Shown one piece after another: positions 1-14,400 of a stretch of DNA of 64,000 bases. Position numbers and translations under genes: made by a program. A model generated the notes under the pieces. It was not told the origin of the DNA and made no database searches. It was given only the letters and a program-made list of their open reading frames with translations. This DNA comes from Eledone cirrhosa. Lineage: Eukaryota. The stretch's first letter is position 1. Each line of letters begins with the position of its first letter. The DNA lies in contig OZ024740.1 in the NCBI GenBank assembly GCA_964016885.1, positions 134,726,001 to 134,790,000 on the forward strand, given 5' to 3'.

Positions 1-1149
1 CACTATATACACTACATAGTGTCTGTTACATGTCTACCTACATTTGACACTATATTCACTACACAGTGTCTGTTACATGTCTATCTAACATTGCTACTAT
101 ATACACTATACTCTCTGTTACATGTCTACCTACCATTGACAGTATATACACTGCACACAGTGTCTATTACATGTGTAATAGTGTCTGCTACATGTCTACC
201 TACCATTGACACTATATACGCTACACTGTCTGATACATGTCTACATACCATTGACACTATATACACTACGCTGTCTGTTACATGTCTACCTACCATTGAC
301 ACTATATACACTACACAGTGCTTTTTACATGTCTGTCTACCTTTAACACTATATACAGTACACAGTGTCTGTTACATGTCTACACTACACTGTCTGTTAC
401 ATGCCTACCTGCCATTGACACTATATACACTACACTGACTGTTACATGTCTACCTACCATTGACACTATATTCACTACACAGAGTGTGTTACATGTCTAC
501 CTACCATTGACACTATATACACTACACTGTCTGTTACACGTCTACCTACCATTGACACTATATACGCTACACTGTCTGTTACATGTCTACCTACCATTGA
601 CACTATATACACTACCCACTGTCTGTTACATGTCTACCTACCATTGCTACTATATACACTGTCTGTTACATGTCTACCTACCATTGCTACTTATATACAC
701 TTTCTGTTATGATGTCTACCTACCATTGTCACTATATACACTACACTGTCTCTTACATATCTACCCACCAATGACACTATATACACTACACTGTATGTTA
801 CATGTCTACCTACCATTGACACGATATACACTACACTGTCTGTTACATGTCTACCTACCATTGACACTATATACACTACATAGTGTCTGTTACATGTCTA
901 CCTACCTTTGACACTATATTCACTACACAGTGTCTGTTACATGTCTACCTAACATTGCTACTATATACACTATACTCTCTGTTACACGTCTACCTACCAT
1001 TGACACTATATACACTACACATAGTGTCTGTTACATGTCTACCTACCATTGACACTATATACACTACACTGTCTGATACATGTCTACACTGTCTGTTACA
1101 TGTCTACCTAACATTGCTACTATATACACTGTCTGTTACATGTCTACCT

Positions 1150-4100
1150 ACCATTGCTACTTATATACACTTTCTGTTACATGTCTACCTACCATTGTCA
1201 CTATATACACTACACTGTCTCTTACATATCTACCCACCAATGACACTATATACACTACACTGTATGTTACATGTCTACCTACCATTGACACGATATACAC
1301 TACACTGTCTGTTACATGTCTACCTACCATTGACACTATATACACTACATAGTGTCTGTTACATGTCTACCTACATTTGACACTATATTCACTACACAGT
1401 GTCTGTTACATGTCTATCTAACATTGCTACTATATACACTATACTCTCTGTTACATGTCTACCTACCATTGACAGTATATACACTGCACACAGTGTCTAT
1501 TACATGTGTAATAGTGTCTGCTACATGTCTACCTACCATTGACACTATATACGCTACACTGTCTGATACATGTCTACATACCATTGACACTATATACACT
1601 ACGCTGTCTGTTACATGTCTACCTACCATTGACACTATATACACTACACAGTGCTTTTTACATGTCTGTCTACCTTTAACACTATATACAGTACACAGTG
1701 TCTGTTACATGTCTACACTACACTGTCTGTTACATGCCTACCTGCCATTGACACTATATACACTACACTGTCTGTTACATGTCTACCTACCATTGACACT
1801 ATATTCACTACACAGTGTGTGTTACATGTCTACCTACCATTGACACTATATACACTACACAGTGTCTGTTACATGTCTACCTACCATTGACACTATATTC
1901 ACTACACAGTCTGTGTTACATGTCTACCTACCTTTGACACTATATTCACTACACAGTGTCTGTTACATGTCTACCTACCATTGACACTATATACACTACA
2001 CACAGTGTCTATTACATGTCTAGCTACCATTGACACTATATACACTACACTGTGTGTTACATGTCTACCTACCATTGAAACTATATACACTACATATATC
2101 GTCTGTAACATGTCTACCTACCATTGACACTATATACACTACACTGTCTGTTACATGTCTACCTACCATTGACACTATATCCACTACGCCGTCTGTTACA
2201 TGTCTACCATTGACACTATATACACTACGCTGTCTGTTACATGTATACCTGCCATTGACACTATATACACTACACTGTCTGTTACATGTCTACATACCAT
2301 TGACACTATACACACTATGCTGTCTGGTACATGTCTATCAAACTTTGACACTATATACACTACACAGTGCCTGTTAAATGTCTACTTACCATTGACACTA
2401 TATACACTGCACTCTGTGTTTCATGTCTACCTACCATTGACACTATATATACTATACAGTGTCAGTTACATGGCTACCTACCATTGACACTATATACACT
2501 ACACAGTGTCTGTTACATGTCTACCTAACATTGCTACTATATACACTATACTCTCTGTTACACGTCTACCTACCATTGACAGTATATACACTACACATAG
2601 TGTCTGTTACATGTCTACCTACCATTGACACTATATACACTACACAGTATCTGTTACATGTCTACCTACCATTGACACTATATACACTACACACAGTGTC
2701 TATTACATGTCTGCCTACCATTGACACTATATACACTACACACAGTGTCTATTACATGTCTACCTACCATTGACACTATATACACTACACTGTCTGTTAG
2801 ATGTCTACCTACCATTGACACTATATACACAAGGCTGTCTGTTACATGTCTACCTACCATTGACACTATATACACTGCACTGTCTGTTACATGTCTACCT
2901 ACCATTGACACTATATACACTGCACTGTCTGCTACATGTCTACCTACCATTGACACAATATACACTAGACAGTGTCTGTTACATGTCTACCTACCATTAA
3001 CACTATATACACTACACAGTGTCTGTTACATGTCTACCTACCATTGACACTATATACACTACACTGTCTGTTACACGTCTACCTACCATTGACACTATAT
3101 ACGCTACACTGTCTGTTACATGTCTACCTACCATTGACACTATATACACTACCCACTGTCTTTTACATGTCTACCTACCATTGACACTATATACACTACC
3201 CACTGTCTGTTACATGTCTACCTACCATTGCTACTATATACACTGTCTGTTACATGTCTACCTACCATTGCTACTATGTACACATTCTGTTACACGTCTA
3301 GCTACCATTGACACTATATATACTACACAGTGTCTGTTACATGTCTACCTAGCATTGACACTATATACACTACACAGTGTCTGTTACATGTCTACCTACC
3401 ATTGACACTATATTCACTACACAGTGTGTGTTACATGTCTACCTACCATTGACACTATATTCACTACACGGTGTGTGTTACATGTCTACCTACCATTGAC
3501 ACTATATACACTACACACAGTGTCTATTACATGTCTACCTACCATTGACACTATATACACTACACTGTCTGTTAGATGTCTACCTACCATTGACACTATA
3601 TACACAATGCTGTCTGTTACATGTCTACCTACCATTGACACTATATACACAATGCTGTCTGTTACATGTCTACCTACCATTGACACAATATACACTAGAC
3701 AGTGTCTGTTACATGTCTACCTACCATTGACACTATATACACTACACAGTGTCTGTTACATGTCTACCTACCATTGACACTATATACACTACACAGTGTC
3801 TGTTACATGTCTACCTACCATTGACACTATATACACTACACAGTGTCTGTTACATGTCTACCTACCATTGACACTATATACACTACACAGTGTCTGTTAC
3901 ATGTGTACCTACCATTGACACTATATACACTACACTGTCTGTTACACGTCTACCTACCATTGACACTATATACGCTACACTGTCTGTTACATGTCTACCT
4001 ACCATTGCTACTATATACACTGTATGTTACATGTCTACCTACCATTGCTACTTATATACACTTTCTGTTACATGTCTACCTACCATTGTCACTATATACA

Positions 4101-7100
4101 CTACACTGTCTCTTACATATCTACCCACCAATGACACTATATACACTACACTGTCTGTTACATGTCTACCTACCATTGACACTATATACACTACATAGTG
4201 TCTGTTACATGTCTACCTATCATTGACAGTATATACACTGCACACAGTGTCTATTACATGTGTACCTACCATTGACACTATATACACTACATATAGTGTC
4301 TGCTACATGTCTACCTACCATTGACACTATATACACTACACTGTCTGATACATGTCTACATAACATTGACACTATATACACTACGCTGTCTGTTACATGT
4401 CTACCTACCATTGACACTATATACACTACACTGTGCTTTTTACATGTCTGTCTACCTATGACACTATATAGAGTACACAGTGTCTGTTACATTCTACACT
4501 ACACTGTCTGTTACATGCCTACCTGCCATTGACACTATATACACTACACTGTCTGTTACATGTCTACCTACCATTGACACTATATTCACTACACAGTGTG
4601 TGTTACATGTCTACCTACCATTGACACTATATACACTACACAGTGTCTGTTACATGTCTACCTACCATTGACACTATATTCACTACACAGTGTGTGTTAC
4701 ATGTCTACCTACCTTTGACACTATATTCACTACACAGTGTCTATTACATGTCTACCTACCATTGACACTATATACACTACACACAGTGTCTATTACATGT
4801 CTAGCTACCATTGACACTATATACACTACACTGTCTGTAACATGTCTATCTACCATTGACATATATACACTACACTGTGTGTTACATGTCTACCTACCAT
4901 TGAAACTATATACACTACATATATCGTCTGTAACATGTCTACCTACCATTGACACTATATGCACTACACTGTCGGTTACATGTCTACCTACCATTGACAC
5001 TATATCCACTACGCTGTCTGTTACATGTCTACCATTGACACTATATACACTACGCTGTCTGTTACATGTATACCTGCCATTGACACTATATACACTACAC
5101 TGTCTGTTACATGTCTACATACCATTGACACTATATACACTATGCTGTCTGGTACATGTCTATCAAGCTTTGACACTATATACACTACACAGTGCCTGTT
5201 AAATGTCTACTTACCATTGACACTATATACACTGCACTGTGTGTTACATGTCTACCTACCATTGACACTATATATACTATACAGTGTCAGTTACATGGCT
5301 ACCTACCATTGACACTATATACACTACACAGTGTCTGTTACATTCTACCTAACATTGCTACTATATACACTATACTCTCTGTTACACGTCTACCTACCAT
5401 TGACACTATATACACTACACATAGTGTCTGTTACATGTCTACCTACCATTGACACTATATACACTACACAGTATCTGTTACATGTTTACCTACCATTGAC
5501 ACTATATACACTACACACAGTGTCTATTACATGTCTACCTACCATTGACACTATATACACTACACTGTCTGTTAGATGTCTACCTACCATTGACACTATA
5601 TACACAACGCTGACTGTTACATGTCTACCTACCATTGCTACTTATATACACTTTCTGTTACATGTCTACCTACCATTGTCACTATATACACTACACTGTC
5701 TCTTACATATCTACCCACCAATGACACTATATACACTACACTGTATGTTACATGTCTACCTACCATTGACACGATATACACTACACTGTCTGTTACATGT
5801 CTACCTACCATTGACACTATATACACTACATAGTGTCTGTTACATGTCTACCTACATTTGACACTATATTCACTACACAGTGTCTGTTACATGTCTATCT
5901 AACATTGCTACTATATACACTATACTCTCTGTTACATGTCTACCTACCATTGACAGTATATACACTGCACACAGTGTCTATTACATGTGTAATAGTGTCT
6001 GCTACATGTCTACCTACCATTGACACTATATACGCTACACTGTCTGATACATGTCTACATACCATTGACACTATATACACTACGCTGTCTGTTACATGTC
6101 TACCTACCATTGACACTATATACACTACACAGTGCTTTTTACATGTCTGTCTACCTTTAACACTATATACAGTACACAGTGTCTGTTACATGTCTACACT
6201 ACACTGTCTGTTACATGCCTACCTGCCATTGACACTATATACACTACACTGTCTGTTACATGTCTACCTACCATTGACAATATATTCACTACACAGTGTG
6301 TGTTACATGTCTACCTACCATTGACACTATATACACTACACAGTGTCTGTTACATGTCTACCTACCATTGACACTATATTCACTACACAGTCTGTGTTAC
6401 ATGTCTACCTACCTTTGACACTATATTCACTACACAGTGTCTGTTACATGTCTACCTACCATTGACACTATATACACTACACACAGTGTCTATTACATGT
6501 CTAGCTACCATTGACACTATATACACTACACTGTGTGTTACATGTCTACCTACCATTGAAACTATATACACTACATATATCGTCTGTAACATGTCTACCT
6601 ACCATTGACACTATATACACTACACTGTCTGTTACATGTCTACCTACCATTGACACTATATCCACTACGCCGTCTGTTACATGTCTACCATTGACACTAT
6701 ATACACTACGCTGTCTGTTACATGTATACCTGCCATTGACACTATATACACTACACTGTCTGTTACATGTCTACATACCATTGATACTATATACACTATG
6801 CTGTCTGGTACATGTCTATCAAACTTTGACACTATATACACTACACAGTGCCTGTTAAATGTCTACTTACCATTGACACTATATACACTGCACTCTGTGT
6901 TTCATGTCTACCTACCATTGACACTATATATACTATACAGTGTCTGTTACATGTCTACCTAACATTGCTACTATATACACTATACTCTCTGTTACACGTC
7001 TACCTACCATTGACAGTATATACACTACACATAGTGTCTGTTACATGTCTACCTACCATTGACACTATATACACTACACAGTATCTGTTACATGTCTACC

Positions 7101-7430
7101 TACTATTGACACTATATACACTACACACAGTGTCTATTACATGTCTGCCTACCATTGACACTATATACACTACACACAGTGTCTATTACATGTCTACCTA
7201 CCATTGACACTATATACACTACACTGTCTGTTAGATGTCTACCTACCATTGACACTATATACACAAGGCTGTCTGTTACATGTCTACCTACCATTGACAC
7301 TATATACACTGCACTGTCTGTTACATGTCTACCTACCATTGACACTATATACACTGCACTGTCTGCTACATGTCTACCTACCATTGACACAATATACACT
7401 AGACAGTGTCTGTTACATGTCTACCTACCA
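1150..7430 (+). repeat. Higher-order repeat with 4481-bp offset (also seen at about 10840-19700, with offsets 4481 then 4436)
   Basis: ORF pairs 1157/5638, 1352/5833, 2030/6511, 11035/15516, 12404/16885 (offset 4481); 13107/17543 and 14373/18809 (offset 4436 = 4481 - 45). Confidence 0.93.
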
Positions 7431-8849
7431 TTGACACTATATACACTACACAGTGTCTGTTACATGTCTAGCTACCATTGACACTATATACACTACATAT
7501 AGTGTCTGCTACATGTCTACCTACCATTGGCACAATATAAACTACACAGTGTCTGTTACATGTCTACCTACCATTGACACTATATACACTACATATACTG
7601 TCTGTTACATGTCTACCTACCATTGACACTATATACACTACACTGTCTGTTGGATGTCTACCTACCATTGACATTATATACACTACATAGTGCCTGTTAA
7701 ATGTCTACTTATCATTGACACTATATACACTGCACTGTTTGTTACATGTCTACCTACCATTGGCACTATATATACTACACAGTGTCTGTTACATGGCTAC
7801 CTACCATTGACACTATATACACTACACAGTGTCTGTTACATGTCTACCTACCATTGACACTATATACACAAGGCTGTCTGTTACATGTCTACCTACCATT
7901 GACACTATATACACTAGACAGTGTCTGTTACTTGTCTACCTAACATTGCTACTATATACACTATACTCTCTGTTACATGTCTACCTACCATTGATACTAT
8001 ATACACTACACATAGTGTCTGTTACATGTCTACACTACACTGCCTGTTACATGTCTACCTACCATTGACAAAATATACACTACACTGCCTGTTACATGTC
8101 TACCTACCATTGACACAATATACACTACACTGTCTGTTACATGTCTACCTACCATTGACACTATATACACTACACAGTGTCTGTTACATGCCTACCTACC
8201 ATTGACACTATATACACTACACAGTGTCTGTTACATGTCTACCTACCATTGCTACTATGTACACATTCTGTTACACGTCTAGCTACCATTGACACTATAT
8301 ACACTACACAGTGTCTGTTACATGTCTACCTACCATTGACACTATATTCACTACACAGTGTGTGTTACATGTCTACCTACCATTGATACTATATTCACTA
8401 CACAGTGTGTGTTACATGTCACATGTCTACCTACCATTGACACTATATACACTACACTGTCTGTTACATGTCTACCTACCTTTGACACTATATTCACTAC
8501 ACAGTGTCTATTACATGTCTACCTACCATTGACACTATATACACTACACTGTCTGTTAGATGCCTACCTACCATTGACACTATATACACAATGCTGTCTG
8601 TTACATGTCTACCTACCATTGACACTATATACACTGCACTGTCTCTTACATGTCTACCTACCATTGACACAATATACACTAGACAGTGTCTGTTACATGT
8701 CTACCTACCATTGACACTATATACACAACACTGTGTCTGTTACATGTCTACCTACCATTGACACTATATACACTACACAGTGTCTGTTACATGTCTACCT
8801 ACCATTGACACTATATACACTACCCAGTGTCTGTTACATGTCTACCTAA

Positions 8850-11450
8850 CCTACCATTGACACTATATACACTACACTGTCTGTTACACGTCTACCTACC
8901 ATTGACACTATATACGCTACACTGTCTGTTACATGTCTACCTACCATTGACACTATATACACTACCCACTGTCTGTTACATGTCTACCTACCATTGCTAC
9001 TATATACACTGTCTGTTACATGTCTACCTACCATTGCTACTTATATACACTTTCTGTTATGATGTCTACCTACCATTGTCACTATATACACTACACTGTC
9101 TCTTACATATCTACCCACCAATGACACTATATACACTACACTGTATGTTACATGTCTACCTACCATTGACACGATATACACTACACTGTCTGTTACATGT
9201 CTACCTACCATTGACACTATATACACTACATAGTGTCTGTTACATGTCTACCTACCTTTGACACTATATTCACTACACAGTGTCTGTTACATGTCTACCT
9301 AACATTGCTACTATATACACTATACTCTCTGTTACACGTCTACCTACCATTGACACTATATACACTACACATAGTGTCTGTTACATGTCTACCTACCATT
9401 GACACTATATACACTACACTGTCTGATACATGTCTACACTGTCTGTTACATGTCTACCTACCATTGCTACTATATACACTGTCTGTTACATGTCTACCTA
9501 CCATTGCTACTTATATACACTTTCTGTTACATGTCTACCTACCATTGTCACTATATACACTACACTGTCTCTTACATATCTACCCACCAATGACACTATA
9601 TACACTACACTGTATGTTACATGTCTACCTACCATTGACACGATATACACTACACTGTCTGTTACATGTCTACCTACCATTGACACTATATACACTACAT
9701 AGTGTCTGTTACATGTCTACCTACATTTGACACTATATTCACTACACAGTGTCTGTTACATGTCTATCTAACATTGCTACTATATACACTATACTCTCTG
9801 TTACATGTCTACCTACCATTGACAGTATATACACTGCACACAGTGTCTATTACATGTGTAATAGTGTCTGCTACATGTCTACCTACCATTGACACTATAT
9901 ACGCTACACTGTCTGATACATGTCTACATACCATTGACACTATATACACTACGCTGTCTGTTACATGTCTACCTACCATTGACACTATATACACTACACA
10001 GTGCTTTTTACATGTCTGTCTACCTTTAACACTATATACAGTACACAGTGTCTGTTACATGTCTACACTACACTGTCTGTTACATGCCTACCTGCCATTG
10101 ACACTATATACACTACACTGACTGTTACATGTCTACCTACCCTTGACACTATATTCACTACACAGAGTGTGTTACATGTCTACCTACCATTGACACTATA
10201 TACACTACACTGTCTGTTACACGTCTACCTACCATTGACACTATATACGCTACACTGTCTGTTACATGTCTACCTACCATTGACACTATATACACTACCC
10301 ACTGTCTGTTACATGTCTACCTACCATTGCTACTATATACACTGTCTGTTACATGTCTACCTACCATTGCTACTTATATACACTTTCTGTTATGATGTCT
10401 ACCTACCATTGTCACTATATACACTACACTGTCTCTTACATATCTACCCACCAATGACACTATATACACTACACTGTATGTTACATGTCTACCTACCATT
10501 GACACGATATACACTACACTGTCTGTTACATGTCTACCTACCATTGACACTATATACATTACATAGTGTCTGTTACATGTCTACCTACCTTTGACACTAT
10601 ATTCACTACACAGTGTCTGTTACATGTCTACCTAACATTGCTACTATATACACTATACTCTCTGTTACACGTCTACCTACCATTGACACTATATACACTA
10701 CACATAGTGTCTGTTACATGTCTACCTACCATTGACACTATATACACTACACTGTCTGATACATGTCTACACTGTCTGTTACATGTCTACCTAACATTGC
10801 TACTATATACACTGTCTGTTACATGTCTACCTACCATTGCTACTTATATACACTTTCTGTTACATGTCTACCTACCATTGTCACTATATACACTACACTG
10901 TCTCTTACATATCTACCCACCAATGACACTATATACACTACACTGTATGTTACATGTCTACCTACCATTGACACGATATACACTACACTGTCTGTTACAT
11001 GTCTACCTACCATTGACACTATATACACTACATAGTGTCTGTTACATGTCTACCTACATTTGACACTATATTCACTACACAGTGTCTGTTACATGTCTAT
11101 CTAACATTGCTACTATATACACTATACTCTCTGTTACATGTCTACCTACCATTGACAGTATATACACTGCACACAGTGTCTATTACATGTGTAATAGTGT
11201 CTGCTACATGTCTACCTACCATTGACACTATATACGCTACACTGTCTGATACATGTCTACATACCATTGACACTATATACACTACGCTGTCTGTTACATG
11301 TCTACCTACCATTGACACTATATACACTACACAGTGCTTTTTACATGTCTGTCTACCTTTAACACTATATACAGTACACAGTGTCTGTTACATGTCTACA
11401 CTACACTGTCTGTTACATGCCTACCTGCCATTGACACTATATACACTACA
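8850..11450 (+). repeat. Tandem duplication of a 1333-bp block
   Basis: ORF pairs 9041/10374, 9233/10566, 9507/10840, 9702/11035. The same offset appears at 19/1352 and 126/1459. Boundaries are approximate. Confidence 0.9.
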
Positions 11451-14400
11451 CTGTCTGTTACATGTCTACCTACCATTGACACTATATTCACTACACAGTG
11501 TGTGTTACATGTCTACCTACCATTGACACTATATACACTACACAGTGTCTGTCACATGTCTACCTACCATTGACACTATATTCACTACACAGTCTGTGTT
11601 ACATGTCTACCTACCTTTGACACTATATTCACTACACAGTGTCTGTTACATGTCTACCTACCATTGACACTATATACACTACACACAGTGTCTATTACAT
11701 GTCTAGCTACCATTGACACTATATACACTACACTGTGTGTTACATGTCTACCTACCATTGAAACTATATACACTACATATATCGTCTGTAACATGTCTAC
11801 CTACCATTGACACTATATACACTACACTGTCTGTTACATGTCTACCTACCATTGACACTATATCCACTACGCCGTCTGTTACATGTCTACCATTGACACT
11901 ATATACACTACGCTGTCTGTTACATGTATACCTGCCATTGACACTATATACACTACACTGTCTGTTACATGTCTACATACCATTGACACTATACACACTA
12001 TGCTGTCTGGTACATGTCTATCAAACTTTGACACTATATACACTACACAGTGCCTGTTAAATGTCTACTTACCATTGACACTATATACACTGCACTCTGT
12101 GTTTCATGTCTACCTACCATTGACACTATATATACTATACAGTGTCAGTTACATGGCTACCTACCATTGACACTATATACACTACACAGTGTCTGTTACA
12201 TGTCTACCTAACATTGCTACTATATACACTATACTCTCTGTTACACGTCTACCTACCATTGACAGTATATACACTACACATAGTGTCTGTTACATGTCTA
12301 CCTACCATTGACACTATATACACTACACAGTATCTGTTACATGTCTACCTACCATTGACACTATATACACTACACACAGTGTCTATTACATGTCTGCCTA
12401 CCATTGACACTATATACACTACACACAGTGTCTATTACATGTCTACCTACCATTGACACTATATACACTACACTGTCTGTTAGATGTCTACCTACCATTG
12501 ACACTATATACACAAGGCTGTCTGTTACATGTCTACCTACCATTGACACTATATACACTGCACTGTCTGTTACATGTCTACCTACCATTGACACTATATA
12601 CACTGCACTGTCTGCTACATGTCTACCTACCATTGACACAATATACACTAGACAGTGTCTGTTACATGTCTACCTACCATTAACACTATATACACTACAC
12701 AGGGTCTGTTACATGTCTACCTACCATTGACACTATATACACTACACTGTCTGTTACACGTCTACCTACCATTGACACTATATACGCTACACTGTCTGTT
12801 ACATGTCTACCTACCATTGACACTATATACACTACCCACTGTCTTTTACATGTCTACCTACCATTGACACTATATACACTACCCACTGTCTGTTACATGT
12901 CTACCTACCATTGCTACTATATACACTGTCTGTTACATGTCTACCTACCATTGCTACTATGTACACATTCTGTTACACGTCTAGCTACCATTGACACTAT
13001 ATATACTACACAGTGTCTGTTACATGTCTACCTAGCATTGACACTATATACACTACACAGTGTCTGTTACATGTCTACCTACCATTGACACTATATTCAC
13101 TACACAGTGTGTGTTACATGTCTACCTACCATTGACACTATATTCACTACACGGTGTGTGTTACATGTCTACCTACCATTGACACTATATACACTACACA
13201 CAGTGTCTATTACATGTCTACCTACCATTGACACTATATACACTACACTGTCTGTTAGATGTCTACCTACCATTGACACTATATACACAATGCTGTCTGT
13301 TACATGTCTACCTACCATTGACACTATATACACAATGCTGTCTGTTACATGTCTACCTACCATTGACACAATATACACTAGACAGTGTCTGTTACATGTC
13401 TACCTACCATTGACACTATATACACTACACAGTGTCTGTTACATGTCTACCTACCATTGACACTATATACACTACACAGTGTCTGTTACATGTCTACCTA
13501 CCATTGACACTATATACACTACACAGTGTCTGTTACATGTCTACCTACCATTGACACTATATACACTACACAGTGTCTGTTACATGTGTACCTACCATTG
13601 ACACTATATACACTACACTGTCTGTTACACGTCTACCTACCATTGACACTATATACGCTACACTGTCTGTTACATGTCTACCTACCATTGCTACTATATA
13701 CACTGTATGTTACATGTCTACCTACCATTGCTACTTATATACACTTTCTGTTACATGTCTACCTACCATTGTCACTATATACACTACACTGTCTCTTACA
13801 TATCTACCCACCAATGACACTATATACACTACACTGTCTGTTACATGTCTACCTACCATTGACACTATATACACTACATAGTGTCTGTTACATGTCTACC
13901 TATCATTGACAGTATATACACTGCACACAGTGTCTATTACATGTGTACCTACCATTGACACTATATACACTACATATAGTGTCTGCTACATGTCTACCTA
14001 CCATTGACACTATATACACTACACTGTCTGATACATGTCTACATAACATTGACACTATATACACTACGCTGTCTGTTACATGTCTACCTACCATTGACAC
14101 TATATACACTACACTGTGCTTTTTACATGTCTGTCTACCTATGACACTATATAGAGTACACAGTGTCTGTTACATTCTACACTACACTGTCTGTTACATG
14201 CCTACCTGCCATTGACACTATATACACTACACTGTCTGTTACATGTCTACCTACCATTGACACTATATTCACTACACAGTGTGTGTTACATGTCTACCTA
14301 CCATTGACACTATATACACTACACAGTGTCTGTTACATGTCTACCTACCATTGACACTATATTCACTACACAGTGTGTGTTACATGTCTACCTACCTTTG

